A stretch of 64,000 nucleotides of DNA, taken from positions 29,884-93,883 of the forward strand of contig NZ_JACHGT010000021.1 of NCBI RefSeq assembly GCF_014202425.1. Reading direction: 5' to 3'. The number at the start of each line of letters is the position of its first letter. The stretch's first letter is position 1. This document shows, one piece after another, positions 49,706 through 57,800 of this stretch. The position numbers were made by a program, and so were the translations under genes. The notes under the pieces were generated by a model. It worked only from the letters and a program-made list of their open reading frames with translations, ran no database searches and was not told the origin of the DNA. Source of the DNA: Phytomonospora endophytica. Its GTDB lineage: Bacteria > Actinomycetota > Actinomycetes > Mycobacteriales > Micromonosporaceae.

Positions 49706-49881
49706 AGCCTTCCCCCTGGCGCAAGTCCAGCCGCAGCGGTGGGAATCAGGGCCAGTGCGTCGAGGCCCGCACCAACGCGGGCCGTTTCGAGCTTCGCGAC
49801 AGCAAGCTTGCCGACGGCTCGCCGATCCTCGAACTCAGCGCCAACGACTGGCGCGGCTTTCTCAGCACCGTTACCCGCTGA
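49702..49881 (+). CDS. DUF397 domain protein (59 aa; absent from supplied ORF track)
   Basis: Product MKPSPWRKSSRSGGNQGQCVEARTNAGRFELRDSKLADGSPILELSANDWRGFLSTVTR is a textbook DUF397 partner of XRE-DUF5753 regulators. Confidence 0.7.
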   Translation: MKPSPWRKSSRSGGNQGQCVEARTNAGRFELRDSKLADGSPILELSANDWRGFLSTVTR

Positions 49882-49892
49882 CCGAGCATCTG

Positions 49893-49920
49893 AAGAGCCC
49901 CCGCGCTCGCGCGGGGGCTC
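49893..49920. terminator. Bidirectional hairpin AGAGCCCCCGCGC-TC-GCGCGGGGGCTCT
   Basis: Perfect 13-bp inverted repeat between convergent genes. Confidence 0.6.
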
Positions 49921-50059
49921 TTGTCGTCTCCTCCGGGCCGCAACCGTGAGGATCATTCGCGTTCCGGGTGGTTCTCGCGTGGGGTAGGCCGGTGCGGGGG
50001 AGAGACGGACAGGGGACGCGGGGTGTCCGGCCCGGGGCCGGAGGAAAAAACCGGGTGTC

Positions 50060-50764
50060 TCACCAGCGCGACGAGGGCGCCGTAGGCGCGTCGGTGGGTA
50101 GGCGGGGCGGGTTGGTGTACCAGTCGGCGACGTACCGCGCCCACTCGCGGGGCCGCTCGTCGGCGGCGCGGCGTAGGCACTCATCACGGCCGGGGTCCAC
50201 GAGTTCGAACACGGCGCCCGCGCGCACGTACGCGGCGACCTGCCCGCGCCCCGGTGCGGTGTGCACGATGTAGACGGTGCCGCCCGTGGGCGGGGTGGCC
50301 AGCAGCGAGCGGACGACGGCGGCGCGGGCGACGCCAGCGAGCCGCATGGGCAGCCGGTCACGGCCGTAGCGCTCGCCGCCGAAGCACTCCACCAGGTCGT
50401 CATAGTCCACGATGGCGTCCCCCTGCCCGGCGAGGTCGCGGGCGCGGGTGGTCTTCCCGCCGCAGGGCGGGCCGACGACCACGACCAGGGCGCCGGGGCG
50501 GCGCACGAGGGCGCCGGACTTCGTGTTGCAGGTCGAGCACGCGGCCCGCAGGTTCGCGGGGTCGTCGGTGCCGCCGTGGGCGCGCGGGATGATGTGGTCG
50601 ACGGTGCGCGCGTACCGGCCGCACACCCGCCCGTCGGCGCCGGGGACGAGGCACGTCCACCCGTCGCGGTCGAGGATGAACGCGCGCAAGCGGCGCCAGG
50701 CCCTTGTGGAGCCCGACGCCGCCAGCAGAGACATCGCGTGGTCTATCCGAAGAGGATCGAGCAA
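50060..50764 (-). CDS. HNH endonuclease fused to P-loop NTPase/kinase-like domain
   Basis: HNH motif (CGRYARTVDHIIPRAHGGTDDPANLRAACSTCNTKSG), then Walker A GPPCGGKTT and a kinase-like fold. Confidence 0.6.
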   Translation of the reverse strand: MLDPLRIDHAMSLLAASGSTRAWRRLRAFILDRDGWTCLVPGADGRVCGRYARTVDHIIPRAHGGTDDPANLRAACSTCNTKSGALVRRPGALVVVVGPPCGGKTTRARDLAGQGDAIVDYDDLVECFGGERYGRDRLPMRLAGVARAAVVRSLLATPPTGGTVYIVHTAPGRGQVAAYVRAGAVFELVDPGRDECLRRAADERPREWARYVADWYTNPPRLPTDAPTAPSSRW

Positions 50765-50985
50765 CCGATGAACACGGCCATGATGGACAGCAACGCGATC
50801 ACGTATCCCGCTAGTACCAAGGAAACTAGCTGCACGATGAGCCCGAACGTCGTCGTCCGAAATGGAATCCGCGGTTCCAGTCGGTGGGCGCCGGCGGGAG
50901 CAGGGTGCTCCATGATGGACAGGCCGGGGATTGTGGACTGGACGTCAGCGAAGCGGGCGTCCAGGTCGTCAGGCTGCTGCGGCAC
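50743..50985 (-). CDS. Small protein with C-terminal transmembrane helix (holin-like?)
   Basis: An 80-aa product with a C-terminal segment FGLIVQLVSLVLAGYVIALLSIMAVFIGCSILF. Confidence 0.3.
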   Translation of the reverse strand: MPQQPDDLDARFADVQSTIPGLSIMEHPAPAGAHRLEPRIPFRTTTFGLIVQLVSLVLAGYVIALLSIMAVFIGCSILFG

Positions 50986-51220
50986 TGGCGGTCGCCTCCT
51001 CGGAGATCTCCTCGGCGGGCAGGGCGGTGGTGAACACCAGTCCGCAGCCGCCGCACCGGTAGTGGGCGTGCATGCCGCATCCGCACTGGAAGTCGTCTAG
51101 GACGGCTTCCAGGATGGTCGCGATGGTCGGTGCCATCACGCACAGCAGGTCGGCGACGACGGCCGTGGTGGTGCGCTGCACGTTGGACGCGAGGCACTGT
51201 GGACAGGTCAAGTCGGTCAT
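50969..51220 (-). CDS. Zinc-ribbon (Cys-rich) small protein
   Basis: Paired CxxC motifs (CPQC…CGCG…CGGCG). ATGA-coupled to an upstream small ORF at 51217..51480. Confidence 0.4.
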   Translation of the reverse strand: MTDLTCPQCLASNVQRTTTAVVADLLCVMAPTIATILEAVLDDFQCGCGMHAHYRCGGCGLVFTTALPAEEISEEATASAAAA

Positions 51221-51457
51221 GATTCCCCCGGGCCGCTCAGGCGGCGGTTGAGTTCGTGGTGCCGTTCGTCCACGTCGGACGGTGTTTCGTTCGGGACGTC
51301 GTGCCAGCGGGAGGACTTCGGGAGTCCGCACCGGCAGTAGGCGGTTCCTCGGTGGTCGACCGGGACGGCCGGGTCCGGCCGGTAGGGATGCGGGCGGAAC
51401 GGCCGCCCGCATCCCCGGGGGTGGCTGGCGGCCACCCGCAGCCCGGCCAGCCACCGG

Positions 51458-52333
51458 TCAAGCGGCGGCGGGCAACCCACCGTCTTCGTCCACTTCGGGC
51501 AGCCCGGCGAAGTGCTCCGGGTCGAGCCGGTTGGGGCCTCGGTGGTACGGGTTGGGACGGTCGGCGGGTCGGGAGATCTCCGGAGGTCCGACCGACGCGA
51601 ACGCGTCGGCGGGTTCTTCGTCTTCCCCGTACCGTCCCGTACCGTACGAAGCCGGATAGCTCGCGTCCCCGTGGTCGGCGACCTCGGCCCCGTGGTCCGC
51701 CCGTGGTCGGCGAGCGCCGATCTCGGCCAGGGTCAGCAACCGCATCCCGGCTTCCCCGGGTGTGCGCTGCCCCTTGCGCTGGTTGCACTCGCGGCAGGCG
51801 GTGACCATGTTGGACGCCCCGGCGGCGGTGTGTGGGTCGACGTGGTCGAATTGCTGCCCCGTCGCGCCCCTGGTGTCCTTGGGGTTGGTCTCCCGGGCGC
51901 AGTAGCGGCACATCCCGCCGTCCCGCTCGCGCAACTGGCGACGCAACCCCCGGTCGTCGCGCTCGGCGGCCTGCCGGTTCTTAACGGCGGCCTCGACTGC
52001 GTCGGGCTGGAAGTCCAGGTAGTCGTGTAGCAGGTAGTCGAACCCGAACGGCCACCGGTTGCGGTGCACTTCCATGCACCGGCACCTGTCGCCGCGCTGA
52101 TGCAGTAGCGGCGCCTTGCCGTGCTTTGTGGACACCAGCATGTCCAGCAGCGGCGGCGTGCTGAACTCCCGCACCATCGCGCTGGTAAGGAACCCGTTGG
52201 AGTAAGCCAACGACGCCTCCCCCAGCAGCGCCGACCACGCCCCGAACAGCGCCAAGAACTTCTGCGGCGAGGTCGCCAGGACCCGGAACTTCATGTTCCT
52301 GGCGGCCTCGGCCTGCTTCTTCACCCACACCAT
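51458..52333 (-). CDS. HNH endonuclease domain protein
   Basis: C-terminal HNH motif (CRYCAR…FDHVDPHTAAGASNMVTACRECNQRKG). Confidence 0.6.
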   Translation of the reverse strand: MVWVKKQAEAARNMKFRVLATSPQKFLALFGAWSALLGEASLAYSNGFLTSAMVREFSTPPLLDMLVSTKHGKAPLLHQRGDRCRCMEVHRNRWPFGFDYLLHDYLDFQPDAVEAAVKNRQAAERDDRGLRRQLRERDGGMCRYCARETNPKDTRGATGQQFDHVDPHTAAGASNMVTACRECNQRKGQRTPGEAGMRLLTLAEIGARRPRADHGAEVADHGDASYPASYGTGRYGEDEEPADAFASVGPPEISRPADRPNPYHRGPNRLDPEHFAGLPEVDEDGGLPAAA

Positions 52334-52759
52334 TCAGGAGCCGTCCTTTCTCGATCGGCGCCACGGGCGCCAGCGGGAGGATTGCTTGGGCACGGCGGCG
52401 TGTTTGCCCCATGCGGAGAACGTGACCCTGATGCCGTGCATGTGGACCTCGGCGATGCGAAAGCCGGGGTCGGGGTGGAAGGTGTGGGCGGCCGGTGCAC
52501 CAATCTGCGGGAGCACCGACCAGGCGTCTAGATCGGACTGTGTGCGTAGCCGGACGCGCGCGGTGCCGTCGCCAAGAGACACCAGCGCGGCCGGGAGCGG
52601 CGCGCCGTCGGCGACCAGTGCGGCCAGTGACGCCAGTAGCGCCGCCCACCGGTCGGAGTCGGTTACATCGTGGCCGCGCCGTTCGTCGGCGAGCCGGGCG
52701 AGGGCGTAGGCGGCTCCCTGTAGGGGGCCGTACACCTCGGCGCGGTGAACACCGGTCAC
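52334..52759 (-). CDS. Hypothetical phage protein
   Basis: A 141-aa ORF with coding bias, in the early region. Confidence 0.4.
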   Translation of the reverse strand: MTGVHRAEVYGPLQGAAYALARLADERRGHDVTDSDRWAALLASLAALVADGAPLPAALVSLGDGTARVRLRTQSDLDAWSVLPQIGAPAAHTFHPDPGFRIAEVHMHGIRVTFSAWGKHAAVPKQSSRWRPWRRSRKDGS

Positions 52760-53033
52760 CGTGGACCGTTCCCGGGCTTGCGGCGTCGCTGTGGAGCGAT
52801 CGGCGGCAGGGGCGGCGGGTTGGGGAAGGTGAGCGCGGGTCGCTCGGGTGCGGCGGTGGTCGCGCGGTGGACCATCGCGGCTATGGCCGACTCGGGGACG
52901 CGGAAGGCGCCGCCGGACGACGGGCGGACGGCGGTCAGGACTCCCGACTTGATCCAGCCGTACACAGTGGACCGGCTGGCCTTGAAACGTGCTGCAACGT
53001 CCTTGACCTTCCAGTATGGGTCTTGCGTGGACA
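52756..53033 (-). CDS. Excisionase/MerR-like helix-turn-helix DNA-binding protein (Xis candidate)
   Basis: TTG start behind GGAAG. HTH segment WKVKDVAARFKASRSTVYGWIKSGVLTAV. Adjacent to the integrase gene. Confidence 0.5.
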
Positions 53034-53414
53034 ACGTGGCCTGCTTCCTGCGGTTTCGGGCGCGCCCGCCGATCGGACGCGAGAAGTCCACAGAGTGTGC
53101 CAGTTCGGTCACCGACCGTCGATCTTGGACAGAACGTGTTTTCTCGTTCTGGTGAGAAACGGTGAGAATCTCACCGATCAACCCCCTTTTTTGACCCCAG
53201 AAATGGGTGTAAATATTGATACGTTTCTGGTGAAACCGGCTCATTCTTCGCATTAGTTGTATGCGTCGCACAAGGGTCGTTGTGGGGATCCTGAAGACTT
53301 GATATTTCCGGGCAGGGACTCGCGTCTAACGGCGTGTCGCTTCCCCACGGGAAACGCTTCCCAACGGGAAGCGCCCCCGCCGACGAGTCGGCGGGGGCGC
53401 GGTAATGGGTTGGG
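53034..53414. promoter_or_regulatory. int-xis intergenic control region
   Basis: The most AT-rich stretch of the window (53161-53290). Tandem palindromes TTCCCCACGGGAA and CTTCCCAACGGGAAG (53339-53372) and hairpin CGCCCCCGCCGACGAGTCGGCGGGGGCG (53377-53404) lie downstream of int. Confidence 0.45.
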
Positions 53415-54650
53415 TTAGGCGGCGGCGGTCTCCGGCCTCTGCCGGGCCGACAGGCGCGCCAGGAGCGCCGTGGACACTGTCGCCACGGCGGCGGTATCAA
53501 CGGTGTCGTCATGGATGTAGGTTCGCGTGCTGCGCTCGCTTGAGTGCCCGATCACGGCGGCCAGGGTCCGGCCGTCCACGCGCGCCTTGCGCATCTCCGT
53601 GGCGTAGGTGTGCCGGTAGTCGTGCCCGGTCAAGGTCTCAAAGTCGGGAATGCGCGCCCGCTCGGCGGCCTTGCGCATGCGGTTGACGAACGTCCCCCGG
53701 TGCAGGTGGCGCCCGTCGCGGTCGGACAGCAGCACCGCGCCCCGGTGCTTCCCCTCGGCGCGGCCGGTGATCAGCGGCGCCAGCTCCGGCGCGTAGGGCG
53801 CCATGCGGAAACCCGCCTTACTCTTCGGGCCGACCTGCAACACGCGCTTGCCCGTGCCGTCGGGCTTGAACACCCACCGCACCTCGAATGACGCGATGTC
53901 CTCGTGAACGGACTCGCCGACCAGCAGCCCCGCCCACTCGCTGTAGCGCAGGCCCGTGGTCACCGCCACGACGGCCGGGTCATAGGCGTCCGGGCCCATG
54001 AGTGCCAGCTCATAGAACAGCGCTTCAAGGGCGCCCAGCCCCAACGCACGGCCCTCCCGCCCGTCTCCGCAGGGCTCGGGCACCAGGGACAACGGGTTGC
54101 GCTCCAGGACGGCCGGGGAGCCGTCCAGGCCGGGCCGGGAGAGATCATCGAAGACCGGTTCGAGCAGCCCCCGCCGGTAGGCGCGAACCGTCGTCGGCGC
54201 CAGTTTCCCACGCTCGCCGCCGACAGAGAGCAGATGGTCTTGCCACCCCTTCAGAACGGCCCCGGTAGCCTCCTGCGGCCAGTAGGCCGCGAGACCGTAT
54301 ACCGCATTGTCGATATGGGCGGCGGCGTTTCGCCGATACTGCGTCGCGCTGTACGCCTTGATACGGCCGTTGCGCTCGCGGTCGTCGATGCTGGCGTGAA
54401 TGAGTTCGCCCAGCTTCGGGCCGACCCCGACCGCGCCCGGGACGAGGTAGTCAAAGCCCATCGCGCGCAACTGCGCACGGTTCGGCCACCGATTCCGATT
54501 GAGGTCCACCAGCGCCTTGAAACGCTCCGCCTCGCCCGCGTCGGTGAACGTCTGAGATTGCGCCGCGCCGTCCCGCGTACCGCCCTCGTTCCATTTCACC
54601 CGGAGCGAGGTCTCACCGTTTTTACGCAGGCGTGACTCTATGCTGGCCAT
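53415..54650 (-). CDS. int: Tyrosine-type phage integrase
   Basis: Catalytic R (TGLRYSE), HxxR (HDYRHTYAT) and Y (STRTY) motifs. The SAM-like N-terminal domain is present. Confidence 0.85.
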   Translation of the reverse strand: MASIESRLRKNGETSLRVKWNEGGTRDGAAQSQTFTDAGEAERFKALVDLNRNRWPNRAQLRAMGFDYLVPGAVGVGPKLGELIHASIDDRERNGRIKAYSATQYRRNAAAHIDNAVYGLAAYWPQEATGAVLKGWQDHLLSVGGERGKLAPTTVRAYRRGLLEPVFDDLSRPGLDGSPAVLERNPLSLVPEPCGDGREGRALGLGALEALFYELALMGPDAYDPAVVAVTTGLRYSEWAGLLVGESVHEDIASFEVRWVFKPDGTGKRVLQVGPKSKAGFRMAPYAPELAPLITGRAEGKHRGAVLLSDRDGRHLHRGTFVNRMRKAAERARIPDFETLTGHDYRHTYATEMRKARVDGRTLAAVIGHSSERSTRTYIHDDTVDTAAVATVSTALLARLSARQRPETAAA

Positions 54651-54799
54651 AGCTGGCCCTCCATGATCCGTAGCGGTTCAGGGAGTAACCCGTCTGTCGC
54701 CAAACTGAGCGGGTGCTCCCAAGGTGCTCCCGAAATCTGCCGGGAGCACCGGAGGGCCAGCGTAATGCCTGGTCAGAGGATTGCCAAGACCGGCGCGTC

Positions 54800-54813
54800 A
54801 TAACGCACCGGTT
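54800..54813. repeat. attR core ATAACGCACCGGTT
   Basis: Direct repeat of 33233..33246. It is followed by GTGGACAACC, the host-type 3' end of element X, 27 nt before the ATPase start codon. Confidence 0.55.
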
Positions 54814-54848
54814 GTGGACAACCTGCCCGCCCGAGCGAGGAGCCCCCG

Positions 54849-57800
54849 ATGACCGACCCGAACACCCCGGCCGCGCCCGAAGCCGAGGCCGCGACCGACC
54901 GCCTCGACGCCGGCACCTACGAGGTCCTCCGCGCCCGCCTCGCCGACCAGGCCGCGAACCTCGCTCGCCGCGCCGAGGAGCTCAACACCCGCCGCCTCGA
55001 CGTCTTCGGCGGCACCGAACTCACCCTCCTGGGCACCGAGCGCATCCGCACGCTGAACAACTGCGTCCCGCGCGACATCGTCCAGGTCGGCGGCCGGATG
55101 CTGTTCGGCTACAACGTCTTCATCGGCCTGCGCCCCGAGACCACCGTCGACGACGTCTTCTCCCTCCACCGCTTCGAACGCGACGGCGACGCCTTCACCT
55201 TCACCGCGGCGGAGGCCTCCGGCGCCGCCGAACTGCCCGGCCTGATCGCCGATCCGCAGTTCCAGCGCGACTTCGCCGAGATGTACCGCTACTACCGCCA
55301 GACGCACCTCACGCAGCTGCGCCGCGTCGAGGGCCGCCTGCTCGCGGTCTTCCAGATCGGCGAGAAGCTCGCCGACCTGCGCGTGCTGCGCTGGACCGTC
55401 GCCGCCGACGGCTCGGTGTCCTATCTGGACAATCGCGGCGAGCGCGACCACGTCTTCCCGGCCTCGCATGACTTCGAGTGGACCGAGACGACACGCGACG
55501 ACCACGTCCTCGGCCGTTTCCCGCACATCTCGATCGGCGGGGAGGTCTTCGTCGAGACCGTCAACGGCGACCTGACCATCAAGATCGAGAACAACACCGA
55601 GTCCGGTGAGGGCATCTACCGCGAGCCCGTCGACGAGCCCCTGCAGAGCCTCGCCGACGCCGAGGTGGCCTACGCCCGCGTCGGCGCGCTGATCCTGCTG
55701 CGCATCCGCCCGTACAACGAGAAGGCCGCGCGGCACCTGGTCTTCAACACCCGCACCAAGTCCGTGCACCGGCTCGACGGGATCGGCCAGTCCTGCCGCA
55801 CGCTGCCCGAGGACCAGGGCATCATCTTCCCCGGCGGCTACTACCTCGCCACCGGCGTGGCCAAGACCTTCGACGCCGACGTCGCCGACCTGGAGTTCGA
55901 GCGCGTCCTGCGCTCGCCCAACGGCGAGGACGTCCTCTACGTCTTCCACGAGCGCGCCGAGGGCCGCACGCTTCTGTTGCCCTACAACGTGATCCGCAAG
56001 GAGGTCGCGAGCCCGCTGACCTGTCACGGGTACTCGCTGTTCGACGACGGCACGATGGTCGCCTTCCGCGCCAACGGCGAGGAGCCTTCGCGGGTGCACC
56101 CGATGCAGGTGTGGCAGACGCCGTTCGTGTCCGACACCTTCGCGGCCGCGCAACCGGTCGGAACCGGTCCCCTGGAACGGATCGGGAACGCCGAACTGGT
56201 CCGCGGGGTCTCCGACTGCCTGTCGGTGGCGCGGATGGTCGGCGAGATGGCGCCCTCGATCGAGGTCTACGAGGCGCTCATCGCGACCTGCGTGCGCGCG
56301 ATCGACAACTACCACTGGCTCGGGGACGAGGCCCTCGGCGGCCTGCGCGATCCCCTCGACGGTGTGCGCGCCACGGCCGAGCAGGTCCTCGACGAGTACG
56401 AGACCGTCCGGGAACTGACGGCCCAGTCGGCCGATGCGGTGGAGCGGGCCGCGGCCGAGACGGCGTCGATGATCCGCCGCTCCAGCGGCGAGGCGCCCAA
56501 GACCGCCGACGCCTGGGTCTCCCAGCTCGCCGAACTGCGTGGAGCGCAGGGCCACCTGATCACCCTGCGCGACATGCGATACGTCGACCTCGCGCGACTG
56601 TCCACTCTGGACGACGCGGTGGCCGGTGAGCTCAAGTCGGCCGCCGGGCGGGCGGTGGCCTTCCTGGAGGGCCCCGACGCCTTCGCCGGCTACCACGACT
56701 CCATCGACCGCCTTACCGCCGACGCCGAGGCGATCGCGAGCGTCGCCCAGTCGACCCCGCTCACCCAGCGGCTGGCCGAGCAGACCGCCGGACTCGAAGT
56801 CCTCACCGAGGTCGTGTCCACACTCGACATCGCCGACGCGACCGTCCGCACCCAGATCCTGGAACGGATCGGCGAGGTGCTGGCCGGTGTCAACCGCGCC
56901 CGCGCGACCCTGGACGCCCGCCGCCGTGAACTGCTGTCGGCCGAAGGCCGCGCCGAGTTCGCCGCCGAGTTCGCCCTCCTCGGCCAGGCCGTCACGGGCG
57001 CGCTCGCCGCGGCCGGGACGCCCGAGGCCTGCGACGAGCAGCTCGGCCGCCTCATGCTCCAGCTGGAGAACCTGGAGTCCCGCTTCGGCGAGTTCGACGA
57101 CTTCCTCGGCGAACTGGCCGCCAAGCGCACCGACGTCTACGAGGCCTTCTCCTCGCGCAAGCAGACCCTGCTCGACGAGCGCGCCCGCCGCGCCGAACGC
57201 CTCGCCGACTCCGCCGCGCGGATCCTCGACAGCGTCAACCGGCGGGTGTCCACACTGGACTCCCTGGACGCGGTCAACACCTACTTCGCCACCGACCCGA
57301 TGGTGTCGAAGCTGCGTTCGGTCACCGAGGAGCTGCGCGCGCTCGGCGACCAGGTCCGCGCCGAGGAACTGGCCGGCCGGATCAAGGCCGCGCGTCAGGA
57401 GGCCGGGCGTTCGCTGCGCGACCGCCAGGACCTCTACGACGGCGGCGGTGAGACGATCCGCTTCGGGCAGCACCGGCTGCCGGTCAACACCCAGCCGCTC
57501 GACCTGACGCTGGTACCGCAGGACGGACGGCTGGCGTTCTCGCTCACCGGCACCGACTACCGCAGCCTCGTCACGGATCCCGCCTTCGCCGAGACCCACG
57601 CCTACTGGGACCAGCTGCTGGTCTCCGAGACCGCCGAGGTCTACCGCGCGGAGTACCTCGCGTCGTCGATCCTGGCCGACGAACTGGCCGCCGGGCGGAT
57701 CCTCCAGCTGCACGAGGCCGCCGTCGGCGACGGGCTGCCCGCCAAGGTCCGCGAGGCCGCCGAGTCCCGCTACGACGAAGGCTACGAGCGCGGTGTGCAC

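Larger units (their letters stand above)
33247..54799 (-). mobile_element. Integrated siphovirus/HK97-like prophage (about 21.6 kb)
   Basis: Contiguous integrase, Xis, HNH, terminase, portal, protease, capsid, connector, tail, TMP and minor-tail genes, all on the minus strand. Flanked by 14-bp direct repeats. G+C is visibly lower than the flanks. Confidence 0.8.

Noticed and set aside
51217-51480. 87-aa ORF coupled (ATGA) to the zinc-ribbon gene
   Set aside because: Overlaps the HNH gene's 3' end by 22 nt and is Pro/Arg-rich. Possibly real with an internal start, but too weak to list.
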